Assembly: GCA_010093605.1 (NCBI GenBank)
Contig: MU004187.1
Span: forward strand, 248,001 to 312,000
DNA from: Lophium mytilinum
Taxonomy: Eukaryota
Direction of reading: 5' to 3'
DNA length: 64,000 nt
The notes beneath the pieces were generated by a model. The model saw only the letters and a list, made by a program, of their open reading frames with translations. It did no database searches and had not been told where the DNA came from. A program made the translations under genes and the position numbers. Of this stretch, positions 34,746 through 47,057 are shown one piece after another (the first letter of the stretch is position 1; each line of letters starts with the position of its first letter).

Positions 34746-35879
34746 ATGAGTTACTACAGCTATAGTAGCTATGAATGCGAGACATGCGACCGCGAGTTCA
34801 CGACGCAAAGCGGTGCCAACAACCACATGAACGCTTTGGGACATTGGGCTCCTGTTTTCGAGTGCCAGACATGCGACCGCGACTTTACGACTGAAAACGG
34901 TGCGAACAATCATATGAACGCCTTGGGCCATTGGGCTCCAACTTTCCCGTGCGACACCTGCACGCTAGAATTCACGTCGGAAAACAATGCGAACATTCAT
35001 ATGAATACGTTCGGCCATTGGGCTCCAAGATTCGAATGCGAAGCTTGCAACGCAGCGTTCACCACCGAGCAAGGAGCGAGGGCTCATATGGAGCAGAGCA
35101 ACCACTTCCGTACTTACTATTGCTCGCCTTGCTCTCGCGGCTTCCAGAACAACAACAACCTTCAGCAGGTAAGTTTCTCTGTACATGTGCGTACCATTTC
35201 CTGCCAGCAGATGCTCACAAAGTCCAGCATCTCCGCTCCCGGGTCCACCGTCCTGTAGGTGTGGAATGTCCGTTCTGTCGACTGGACTTCGTGACTGCAT
35301 CTGGGGTAGCCCACCACTTGGAGCAGGGTAAATGTGCTAATGCTAAGGGGGTGAATCGAGAGTCCATCTACAAATTCAGTAAGTCTTTCTATATAGCCCA
35401 AACGTGTTTGCATCTGTTTCAGACTATTCAAAATGTACACCCAAATCGTACCGAGATGAAAGGCGTCTAGTACAGTACACACCAATCCTAGAACCCCAAG
35501 CTAACGCCTCCGAGTCCGCTCCCGTGACACAACCGGCGTCATCACAAAGAAGCTTCTTACCTACCAAGATGAGACGGCCGGCCAGATGTTCGCCACCACC
35601 AACACCTGGAATGGCTCCAGTTACGAGTGCTACCTCTGTCACCGTCACTTCCACCAGCTTCAGCATCTCGACCAGCATCTGAAGTCGCCTGTCCACAAGC
35701 AGCGCGTCTACCATTGTCCCAAGAAAGGTAGCTGCGGTAAGGAGTTCGTCAGTCTCGCGTCGCTGTTCAACCATCTGGAGAGCGAGAGTTGTGGGTACAC
35801 GCGCTTTGAGACGGTTCAGCAGAGCGTTGGTGGTATCATGACCGGCAGGGGAGGCCAGAGACTGCTGGGGTTTGCATGA
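34746..35879 (+). CDS. Multi-C2H2 zinc-finger protein with N-terminal tandem finger repeats
   Basis: Repeated ECxTCDRxFTTxxGANNHMNALGHWAP units, then CPFC..HHLE.G.C, YECYLCH and FNHLESESCG. Introns 35169-35227 and 35379-35514. Confidence 0.9.
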
Positions 35880-36018
35880 GGGGTTGAGAGGAGCGATGCC
35901 GGTTTGCAGACTAGATCTGAACGCCGACGTCCATCATCGTCGGCCTCGGTAAGGCTTTTGCGTGGTCTCCTTCACTAGAACATCAGAACTCTGGCAGTCG
36001 GATTGGGTTTGGAGTAAG

Positions 36019-36102
36019 GTATTGGGTGTACTGATATTGGGTATACTAGTATTGGGCGTACTGGTATTGGGCGTACTGGTATTGAGTGTACTGATATTGG
36101 GC
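36019..36102. repeat. 15-bp minisatellite, about 5.6 copies (GTATTGGGCGTACTG)
   Basis: Units are read directly; differences between copies are all transitions. Confidence 0.9.
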
Positions 36103-36303
36103 TTATGATAGTACCGCTACTTGTGTTAGCTATCAAGTCATAGCATTCGACCTAGACCCTAGAACTAAATACCACAATAACATACTTCACAAAGTAGTAG
36201 CAGCCCCTAGGGTATCTGCCCCATGGACTCTTTGGTACGGTGATGCCTCTGATAATGCCCCAGGGGGTTGGCGGTGAGTATATCTATCTGGCTGCCTCAC
36301 GCT

Positions 36304-36690
36304 CTATGTTCTCTCTTTCTCCTCAGCTAATTCTTCGTGTACGGTAGCTTTCATAGGTCTCATAATTGGATTCAAGGCATCCTACATCTGCCTTTTTCAA
36401 AGCATCTCAGCTTCTCCTCTTATTTAGGCCGCAATACCTTCCTTGTTGTCTGTGTCCACAGTCTTATCATCTACTATGAAGGTTGAAAACCATGATACAA
36501 ATCCGTTTGTAGTATTATTGCAAACGAGCTTTGATGCTATATAGCGCGCAACATCTGTGTTAACAATGACACTTAAATAGCTTTTCAATAAGGCCTTTGC
36601 GTGGCCCTCTACTTCTCTTACTATTTTTCCGTTGCTATGTGGTTCGTGAGAACCCCTGTGTGTTCCCTTTTCTCCTAGCTCGGTGCTAGA
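36304..36690 (-). pseudogene. Degenerate coding relic, possibly a dynamin-like GED fragment
   Basis: One frame reads ..HAKALLKSYLSVIVNTDVARYIASKLV..FVSWFSTFIVD..IAA*IREEAEML*KRQM*.. with in-frame stops at 36424, 36397, 36382 and 36304. The family call is resemblance only. Confidence 0.3.
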
Positions 36691-37066
36691 GGTATTCCGT
36701 TAGTCAAGCGTTGTAAGCTTGGGGCTCCTATGCGAGGTCACCTGTCTCGATGGCAGGGTCTTCCTTTGCTCTGTTTTCAAAAGCAATAGCTGGTGGCTAA
36801 TCCAGGTGCCTGCTGGGCTCAATGTTCAATAGGTCCAATGGGTTCGCTGGGTGCCTTCTATGACGCGTCCGCACACGGAGTAGGGCGCCTGCGAGGTCAG
36901 GGCAGCACAGAGGCCAAAAGACGATATAATCGAAAAGCAAGGACCGAGCAGTTGATACTCTGAGGCAAGATTGAACAGAAGAAGACCCTCATAAGGTCAC
37001 GTGAGAGCAATCCTTACAATTGTGACGTTCTTAATGCTAGATAGAAAACACATCCACTCTGTAGCC

Positions 37067-39051
37067 TTACCCATTACCATGCAAATATTTATGGCAAAGG
37101 TCTAGGGGCTGAACTACGTGTTGGTAAAGTTCCCGCCTCCAGGCATCACCGTCTGGAACTTTCTTACTGCCAAGCAAACACCAGTCCACAGCGCCAGCAT
37201 AATCAGGTCCAGCCTCCTCTCCTACTGTTTTGAGCCACTCGAAGGCAGCAAGCTGATCGAAACCTGACTTCGTTTGTTCGTCTCCGGAAGGGTATTGAAG
37301 GCGGGCTGGGTGGTTCTCAATCAACGTTCCAAAGCAAAGCTCCAATAAAACGACGCCGAGAGCGGCAAAGCTAGAAGAATTACTATTCTGAACGTGAATT
37401 GCTGAAGCAGGAGACGAGAAGTTGCGTGTAATGTAGGGCCGATCGAGCAGAATCGTATTGGAATCGTCGCAATCGCGAAGAAAGCATATCTCCGACTTAG
37501 ACCAGCAACCCTTCAGCCACGAAGAGTCACGTAGTTGTAGGAAAGACGATGCTAGAATTAGCGCGCTTGAATACCTCTGACGACGGCTTAGAGGCGGCTG
37601 AGCTTGTGGAGAGAGAAGTTGATCGAGGGTGGCCTCTCGATGAGTGGGGCTGCTAACTTTTTGTGGGACAAAAGACATGTAGCAGCGCTTGTCCTCATCC
37701 TCAAGGAACCCGCGGAGAGGAGTAGTGGGTTTACTGTTGCTTAGTGATAGGCACAGATTCTCGATCTTGGAGATACTGGCATCGTCATCAGTGAATTGCG
37801 GTGGTGGATTTCGTGAAGCTTGTGGCAAGAGATTCGATGTGAGAGTAATTGTCGGCTTTCTGAGTCAATGTTAGTCGCGAAATTAAAACATATCGATTCT
37901 CTACTCACTCAGCATTAGACACACAAGTGCTACTTTGACTCTGGCTAGTCTTACGCTGTGCTCCCAGGGACGGTCTTAAAGGCAGAGCTGTTCTGTGATT
38001 TGGTGTTGACGCAGGTGAAGAGGTTACTGAAGTCATGACTATTGGAACACTCTCAGAGGCGGGCAGAATAGCGTCAAGTAACTTGATATGTGCGTCCTGC
38101 GAAGACCAAGGAGTTGGAGTGGAGAAATTCCTCGACGCTGCAAACATGAATAGCAACCTGAACTCGGCTTCAGCACCAGTTTTGTGTTGAAGAAGCATTC
38201 GAACGCAATGCTCTCCCCAGCAATTGCATTTCCAAGCACCGGAAAGGAGGCTGTAAAGACGATCTGCATGCCGCCAAAACCGGCCCATAGTTGTGCTCAT
38301 AGTTGAAATTGCAGCTGATGCTTGCTGTGAGACATTCTCGCTTTCCAAGACAGCCATGACATCGCTTGTTCCCAACAATTTCTCTAGTCTCTCGTTGCAT
38401 GTTTGGAGCTCATCGAAGAGTCGTTTCCGATTGGGTTCTCCGACACTAAATTTGATGCGATATGCTTCGTATTCGAGATTGGCTTTGACGGAGGTCTTGA
38501 CCTTGGGAGTTTTTGGGACATGTTGTGTGTTCTGCCGCTTTCCCCATGACTTCGAAACCTAGTATGAAGGTGTGGTTAGCTTCGGGACGGTACGAGTAAT
38601 CTATCCGCTACGACGCAAGGGGAATCCGTGCACCAACCTGAAGCCGGCTAACTTTCTCTTGAAAGCCGGTCTTCTCCCCACCCAACTCCTTGTTGAGTTC
38701 GTTCATCGCTTCGTTCATCTGTTGCATTATGTGAAAGTATATCTCGTACGAGTCCTGGAGTCTGTCCTCGAGTTGCCTGGCTAGCTCTGGATCCTTCCAC
38801 CCCGCGCCACCTAGATCAGCAACGAGTCGTTGAATCTGGTCCTTGTCGGCGACCAATGGTAGTAAAAGCTGCTTGAGGTTTCTTGAGAAGATGACTCTAT
38901 GGTAGCTGATCTCGCTGCTGCACTTCTGGTACTCGAGGCGAATCTCCCACCAAAAACCAAGGCTCCTCGCAACCGTGCGGTACTTCTCCAATGCCGTTAG
39001 AGCTACCGGAAACGCACCGAGCACAAGACCGGCTATTTCAACCCCAGACAT
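37067..39051 (-). CDS. Protein with HeLo-like N-terminal helical domain and C-terminal kinase-like (DUF7580-like) domain
   Basis: MSGVEIAGLVLGAFPVALTALEKY start, RIKFS..RKRLFDELQTCNERLEKLL, C-terminal RRQRYSSALILASSFLQL..WL...WSKSEICF and LGVVLLELCFG..YAGAVDWCL. Three exons splice in frame. Confidence 0.82.
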
Positions 39052-39210
39052 GGCACAAAAGAGACTCACGGAAGACAAAGCGAAGAAAAAGAGGTGACGA
39101 GGTTCGTCGAGGCTGAAACTACCTATGGATGCGGCTGAGCCTCTGGAGTTTCAAGTCACATGGTGTGGGGTAATCAGCTCTACGTATCTATTCTAGCCTT
39201 GTAGCAAGCT

Positions 39211-42200
39211 ATGGAAGCTATTGCTGAAGCTTCGTATCACTCCGCAATGCCGTTCACTGCTGTCTCCGTTTCATCGACCAACGAGGGCACTCTCGACTCG
39301 CCCAAGCCCTCAATTGTGACGCTTACAAGGCGCACGAGGGCGAAGTTTGATCACCTAATCCTTCTATCAAGCACCCCCGAGCGTTCCCGGGCTCCTTCCA
39401 TCCCACTCTTTGCCCTTCAAGATGCCCTCGAACGATTTGATTTGTGGGCCGGGAATATTGGGGCCACCCAAGATGCTGGGCGGAGAGCATCGTTAGATTT
39501 TCGTTTGAACGATACTCCGGAAATCAAGGAGCAGATCTGCAGCCTATTGTCTGATATGATCGAAGCTCTGGACGACCGTGTGTTTCCCTTGTCTGTCACG
39601 CGTTCACAAAGTGCAAAAAGCTGATATGTGTTTAGTGGAAGAAATCATTACTGGCGAACGGGAAAATCGGACTAAAGACTCTGTAAACGTGGAGCTTGGA
39701 CGCGGACAGGATGATTTACCACTCAGTGTGGAGCTCGGCCCGGTCGACGAAGCGAAAGACATCCTAGGTGTGGTCCTAGATTGCCTTCGAAATCTTTTCA
39801 GGATTTCGATCGTCATCCGTAAAGCCTCTCCTAGGGACCGTTTCAGTAAAGCTCTCCAGAGATCTGGTGTTCAGTTTCTGGAACAGTTTGACGTCAATCA
39901 CGTTGCTGAAAAGTTTCCAAAGCTTGATAAACCCCAATGGGAGAGGTTACGAATCCGCTTAGGTCATGCTATTACTCAAAGGCGGCAGTTTCTTCACTAC
40001 TGTTCAGACCACCGAGACAGACTTGGCGGACTAGATATCGAAAACGATCCTCTCAACGCCGTTGTTGAGTCGGGAAGACCGGCAGCAACGACGATACAAG
40101 CATCGACGAAAGCCTCGACCCTAGATGTTACACGTTTAGAGTTTGAACCCTCGTGGAAGGATGAAGGAGACGACGGACTTTCGTACACAACGGTTGCATC
40201 ATCTATGGGCATTTCTGAGGGTAACCCACTCCAGCTCCCTACTCTTCACGATGTCTGCCAAGATCAAAAGGAGTTCGAATGTCCGTTCTGTCGTACAATT
40301 CAATCCTTCAAACGAGAGAAACAATGGAGGTGAGCAGCCGCCGCACGAATGGTTTACTACGTTAGCTGACAACTCATCGCAGGCGTCACGCTTTCACTGA
40401 TCTAAAACCTTACATGTGTAGCTTTGGAGAAGGGGAATGCGATCTCGAGCTCTTTGGCGATCGAAAGACCTGGTTCAGCCACGAGCTGCAACACCATCGA
40501 CGCCAGTGGAGCTGTATCTTCTGTACTAAGGAGCCGTTTTTCTCAATCGACCAGATCAAATCTCATATACAGTCCAAACACGTCAAACTGTCGGCCAAGC
40601 AATTCTTGGATATGGCTGAAGTATGCCAGCGGCCATTGGAACAAATACCCGCAGCCGACTGCCCGTTCTGCGACAAATGGGGACACCAATTGAGCACTGA
40701 ACACTCTGCAGACTTTGAATCCCTCGCGGATACTTCCGCTAAAGCAAGAGTCCTTGTAGACTCGAATCGCTTTCAGCGGCATGTGGCAAGGCATATGGAA
40801 CAGTTGGCATTATTTGCCGTGCCTCGACTTGCCACGCATAAACATGAGTTACCTAGCAGCACTGACACTGATGCGAAGGTTCCGTCTCAGGCGGGAAGTT
40901 GGTCTGACGCAGATGGTCTTGCTGACTACGTTTGGCAACCAGATCCTCCGCTACATATCGCTGCCTATAGCGGCAATCTGACCGAAGTCCGGCAACTGCT
41001 TGATGATGGAGCCGATATCCATTCCAAGGGCGAAAGTTGGGGTAGTGCTCTTCGTGCTGCAACTGCTGCGGATCACCCAGGGGTCGTCGAGCTGCTTCTC
41101 TCCCGTGGAGCAGAGCTGGACGAGGACTTAACGCGTGACTCTCAATCCAATACCACCACTTCTAAAGGCTCTCCAAATAGAGCAGTAAGTAGTAGCGACA
41201 AGGGAGGTGACAAAGAGCTAAAGACACAGACCCCAGAAATGAAGAGAGACCACGAAGACGAGCAGCTAAACTCAACGAATCAAACCAGCTCAGCCTCTCA
41301 TCAGGAGCCTGGCGCAATAGCGCCGGCACGGGCTTGGGAAGAGCGTAATCAGGACTATCAATGGGACTCGGTAGCTGAATCCTGGGTTTTTTCGAAAGAC
41401 CATGTAAACAATCTCGAGGCAGACTCCTCAGCTGGAGTGGTCAATGGCAGGAGTGAAAGTTTGACCACTTTTCAGCCTGCGATTGAAATTGGCAACCACA
41501 TTGGAGGAACGGAAGGCGAATTTGTAGAAGTTGATCCAAGTACGTAACGTTCCCGTGAGCAGATGCTTCAGCCATCCCGTCGCGCTGACAAAGCTAGGCT
41601 ATTGTGTCAGAAGTGATGCCCGCAGATTTTTCCGGACAGGCACAGTATGTCCCTTGCCATGTTATCCCCGAACAAGTCCTAACTGCTACCTATAGGTAAT
41701 CTCAGTTCTTTTTAATCAAGACCGCGGAGACATTGCACCCATGCAAGACAACGAAAATGTTACCGTAGTAAGGTATGGTGGTAAGATACTCATACAGGTA
41801 CGGCGGTTTGGTAAGAAGCGTTACCCTCATACAACTTTTTCACATCTAGCTAACTGGGGTTCACAGTGATTGTGCACGAAGGAAACGGGTTTTGCTATGC
41901 ATGGTGAGTTTTAGCCCTTTTCTTCACATTTTTCTAACCAATGATAGTCCGATTTTCACATATAGCAACCGCGCAACCACGAAGCCTGGATGTCGACCTG
42001 CAGAACACGCGATTATATATTATAGTACGCTACAATCGCCTATGCATCTACGCGGTGAAACGGGTATGACCAAACTTCCTATCGGAGTTTTGCCATCACA
42101 GCCTGAATCACGCCCTATGAGCACCGCATCCCGTATACGATTTAGCAAGGTGTATCCCATAGACTGGGGCGTTGAAGTGAAACATCTCGGTCAAGTGATT

Positions 42201-42263
42201 GACGAACACTTACCTAGGTTGATTGAGTACTATAGAGAGGAGGGTGGAACGGTTAGTGATTGA
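39211..42263 (+). CDS. Multi-domain protein: RFxLWAGNIGA N-terminal helical domain, C2H2 fingers, ankyrin repeats, C-terminal DUF6590-like domain
   Basis: ERFDLWAGNIGA..SLDFRL, LGHAITQRRQFLHY, FECPFC..RHAFTDLKPYMC, RHVARHMEQLALFAVP, PLHIAAYSGNLTEVRQLLDDGAD and PIFTYSNRATTKPG..HAIIY..SRIRFSKVYPIDW. About six introns. Confidence 0.82.
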
Positions 42264-43399
42264 TTGTTAGACTCTGCGCAGGTAGTTTGAAGTCTAATCT
42301 TGTGATTCGATAATTCCTCCCATGCACATAGATTTGACCCTGTAACACTATCACTCCAAAGATCCATAATCTCATCGTCTGAATCAACTTCGTTTGGTTC
42401 CTACACCGCCATTACTCGTCTGGAGCCGGTGTGAGTTCTTTGGTTTCAAAGATGACCTCAACCTCTCAATTAATCAACTTTTTCCCAACTCATTTACTCC
42501 GCGAATGCAATAAACACCTCCAATTCCTTTTTCGCTAAAAACTGGAATATGGTACTAAGTGGTGAGAATTCTGATGAATTGCTATGTAGAATGCCTGGTA
42601 TATTGGGCAGCGCCTGAGTCATGTGGTCTTATTTCAAATCAAACATTCTGGCTCGATCGTGTTCTACAAACTGCATCTCGGTCCCCACGACGACTGTGCC
42701 GCAGCGGGTAGCAAGGGTGAGCAAGCGTGAGCTGAAGTTGAGCCGGGCCTGAACCGAACACAGCGGCATAGTATATACTCAGATTTCAGGTGTCTTGAGA
42801 CAGTTCTCCCCAGGTCCATATCCCCGCTATAATCCAAGACGTCAATTTGATTAGTTACCTTAACTTGGTTTAGTGAGTTGCAGCCTGCGTTCATGGCCGA
42901 GGGCCTTTGAATTCGTGATCAAGGGCTAAACCTCACTCCCAAGGCTGACGCGATGCTTGATGATTTAGCATTATGGTAGATATCACTCTCCTATTCGTAG
43001 TATTCAACTTGGTCAGTCGTGATGCCACTTTGGCTTTGGTACTACCGAAAAGACAAGCGGTGTTGTATGTGGAGAGTCTTTATGACGGGAATGGAAAGGG
43101 GCCTTGCAATTCTAATGGTTAGGCTCCCGCTGTTGTTCAAGCAAAGTGCAATGCATTTGCTGTTGCTTCTACAAAGTACACATAATCTTCTCCTCTTCGT
43201 AATCGTTGCGGTCTAAGTCTAGGTAAGTATAATTATATTTCCAGTCAAACGTCAGAAAATGTGGAATTCTACAGAGTATGCGAATTCTCTTATACCCAAA
43301 ATCCCACAATTCTATTGAGCAACTGGGTCGACAAATTACTTTTTCAATAATGCTGATTGATCCTCTTTGTATGCATGAAACAATGTTACGGCCTTTGGC

Positions 43400-44179
43400 C
43401 TAAGGCCCTGGAGACGCTCGACGCTGACTCATTGATAGCGAATATGCGCTCATGCTCGCATCGGAAACAGAATCTTTCATCATGTCATCGACCTCAATCT
43501 TTACCATCCCGTCCTGGTTCTCGAGTCGTACAGCTTTACGCCCCATATCCGCGTCGGAAATGCTCCGGCCATCGATAGAAACACCAAGAATCAGATTTCT
43601 TGAATCAGGATAATCGAAATTGATGAGCTCTCTCCAGTTTCGAGTATGAAGAGCCTTGGTCATGAATAGTAAGACGACCAGCGAGTTGATGAAGAAGATG
43701 GCGTAGATGTAAACTCGTGTTCGAAATCGAATGGCGTTGACGTGGACGAAAGCTGGGGCGTCTGGGGAGAAGTTGCCAACAACGAGCTGGGCACTGCCGA
43801 AGGTAACAAGCATGTCGTCTGTCATGGCCAAGAAGGCCTGCTCAAAGCCAGCAAGTGTGGCCTTCACTTTCATTCGCGTTCGGGTTAGAAACATTGAAAC
43901 TTCTAATGCTAGATTTGAAAGCGTTGCCAACCACAAACTGATAAAGGTTTGTTTCCCCGGCAGAGATCTCTGTATACTTCCGCATGAGAGCCTGCGTGAG
44001 ATTGCGGGTTCTTCGAGATCGTTTTTAAAGCCACTAAGCGTTTCATTTGGGGTGTTCCCATCCCATCGTCTGTCGCACCAGAGGCCTAGAAAGAGTTCCG
44101 AAAGATCGACGCCATCTTTGATGCTTCTCGGGCCCAGTCTTCGAAATCTCTTTGCATAATGCGGAGCGTATCGCTCCAC
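43400..44179 (-). pseudogene. 5'-truncated fragment of an uncharacterised fungal membrane protein
   Basis: The ORF lacks an ATG start. The segment AMTDDMLVTFGSAQLVV..YIYAIFFINSLVVLLF..TRNWRELINFDYPD resembles the C-terminal TM end of a larger protein. Confidence 0.5.
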
Positions 44180-44319
44180 GGGCTGGACCCACCATTCTAC
44201 TTAGCTTTATAGCTATACATCTTCAAAGAGTTCAAGTTACCATTCTGCTAATAAAAGCTGCCTTCAGGCGTATATTTGTGCACTACTCTTGCCTTGGAAG
44301 TTTGGAGTGATCTGCGTCG

Positions 44320-44580
44320 CTTGCTTCTTAAGAGCTTAAATCAATTGCGCCGCTATTGCGGCAGTAGGTGCTTAATGAGTTGCTGCCTTCCGTTCCTTTA
44401 GTGCTTAGAGCTTTGGTAATCTTGTTAGCCTGCTTATATAGCGAACGTAAATATAAGACGGTAAGGGGTTCATGGGTTGGTAACTGGGGTATACGAGAAG
44501 TAGTCCCTTGAGTTAAAGAAGTGGCGGTGGCAATTAACCGTCTAAAGTGGGTTGGAGAGGATAGTAACCCCAATGTAATA
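44320..44580 (-). mobile_element. Possible decayed Fot1/pogo-like transposase C-terminal fragment
   Basis: TpA-rich patch; translation ..LRSLYKQANKITKALSTKGTE.. loosely resembles pogo C-terminal segments. Confidence 0.25.
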
Positions 44581-44600
44581 CCATTTGACTAAATTGCTGG

Positions 44601-47057
44601 TCAACGGTACTGTTTCCCGTATTGAGGCTTCTTTACAGCGTTCGTAGACAGTGCGCAGTGTTCTATGCCGTCGATTGCGCCCTCCGCTATGAGACCCCAT
44701 TGAACAGCCTTTAGATGTGGATCAACTTCATCTGACCGTGGGTGGCAAGCAGCGCTGATTACCAAACTACAGGATGCCGCAAGCGGAATATTGATCCTCC
44801 AACGTCGCAAGCTCATCGCAAGGATTAAGCAAAAAAGTAGGGTGAAGGTGATGGAAAGCACTAGGAAGCTCAATCTCGAGAAGCCGCAAGCAGACTTAGA
44901 ACCACTAGAAGTTACGAGGATGCCATCCTTGTCTTGTACGTCTATTCGAACGAGAAATAAACTCTGTGACATTAACCAATGTACAAGACAGCTGACCGCG
45001 GTAAGGGGGATTGCGTATCGAAATGGTAGTTGTAGGAAGTAGGTACTTCGCTGTTGTCCTTCTGGCTTTGTAACTCGGAGTCCTTTCCTAGATAGGGCAA
45101 GGTTGTCCCATTCAATGGCGTTCGCTATACAGGTGAAGAGTCCATTGAATGTCAGGTAGCCGATAGAGAAGAGGAGCTGGGAACAATTGGCTAGTCCAGC
45201 GTTGTAGAGGGTTCCTATTGTATCGAATCTACCCGCTCCGATAGAGAGCGTTGTAGTAGATGAAGTACCCCAAGAGCCCAGGCCACCATCATCGCCAGTC
45301 GATATGAAAACTATGATCATACCGGCCACGATCATGAAGAGACAGCTAGATTAGATCGCATCGTCAATCGTTGATACTAGAAAGGAGTTGGACGTAATGA
45401 GGAGTGCTCCCTTACATTGACATTCCAAATAGCTGCCTTCCATCACTGATTGCCTCACCATACATTCGCTTACGAGGCTTCCAAATACCGTTAAGACGTG
45501 AGTCCAACTTCGCGACCTTCTCTTCACTAACTAGGACGCTCATTTTTATCTGGCCGCCGAGATTAATAAGCATATCGTCTTTAGAAAGCGAACACAGCCC
45601 TTTCGTTACTGCATCCGGCCTTCCCAAGAACGACGCAGCGGCGTCTCCAAGTGTGACGAGATAAAGAGGACGCTCGTCCAAGAGTACAAGTAGCATTGCT
45701 ATCGCCTTCACAATGTTTGAGACAATAACGATAAGCATGAAGAACAAACTGATCTCCAATCTGCTATTCGCACCCCCTCTTGTTTCTGCGAAGGCGTAGC
45801 GTATGTGAATAGGGTAATGCTGATCCGACTGCAAGACTGATGCCGGAATCCATCCTTCGGCGCTCAGGCCTGGTACTGTAAAAGATGTTGAGTCCTTGTC
45901 AATGACCTCCGTTCTGTTTGTATGGTCAAAGAACTCAATATTGTTCAAACTGTTTGATGTGTTCGTGGAGTAAGTATTGTTTATGACCGAATAATAGGTT
46001 TGGAGGTCCAGGGATATCTCATCGGCGACGAGGAATAAATCGCCCAGGCCCGAGACGTAACTAGAACCGTATGAGCTGCGCCATTGCCCATTTGTCAAAT
46101 TTTGGTGCTTTGCTGAAACATTCTGCGCTGCTGAAATGTTCAGGAAAGTGTACTCGGGGGACATATATTCCACCACTGTCGTATCAAACTGATTTCCAAC
46201 GACAACATCGAAAACCGCCGAGTTATAGCTGTCAATATTAGACCAAATGGATAAAAATCCCGATAAACTTACAAAATGTGAAGTGGAATCGAAGAAATTC
46301 CCAATATGCACCAGAGGATTGACCTCTTAGTAGAGATGTGTCGAAGATTACGCGTGCTTAGGATACCGATATCGAGGTAGTTGCCTTCAGAGTGAACTTT
46401 GTCGACTTCCTCTCTCGTTGGAGAACTAAGGACTTGCATGGTGTAGTTGCTCGCACTTAACAAGAGCGTGCTGAGAATGTTGACGAGAATGTGAAATGCT
46501 GTACTCCAGCTAGTCACATACTCGGCTGAGCCTCGTACTAGGTGTGCGATGCCACGACTAAAGCCACCAGATACAGCGGCACCCGCTATCAAGATAACCA
46601 CGTTTGCCAAGCAAACAAAGACCGCTGTACAAAAGCCTGCCAGTACGCCCATACGCCATCCATCAAAGCGCCTGGCTTTCGCCCAACTGTTGAACTTTGT
46701 ACGCAAATGTAAGGCTTTGATGGAATCTACAAGAGCAGATATGGGGTTCCTGGTTTGATTTGCTGTGAGAGGAAGAGGTTGGGCTTCGGGAGAACTGGAA
46801 TTAATTATCAGCAGATGCCATAGGAGCAGCCTTGCTCAGCGAAAGACATACTGTAGATTACGAAGCTCTGTCCAATCTCCTTCGCCTGAGACTGTATAAT
46901 GGGACGAACGAGCCGAATGGCTCTCCTCGGTATCACTGTCGTCTTGGGTTCTCTCGGGTTCTCCTGGCGCCTGGGTTCTCTCCAACCCTTCTTGTGGGTC
47001 GGGGTTCATGACGCGTAGATAGCGGTACTCCTTCACAGGAGAAGGAGGATCGGACAT
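44601..47057 (-). CDS. DUF6536-like multi-pass membrane protein
   Basis: GWRMGV..HILVNILSTLLLSASNYTMQVLSSPTREEVDKVH..LDIGILSTRNL..SSIPLHI-YNSAVF, LVTLGDAAASFL, QRSTYFLQLPFRY and CSLVISAACHP; three introns. Confidence 0.85.

Noticed and set aside
36019..36102. Repeat array considered as CRISPR-like
   Set aside because: The 15-bp units are contiguous with no spacers, in a eukaryotic context; it is a minisatellite.
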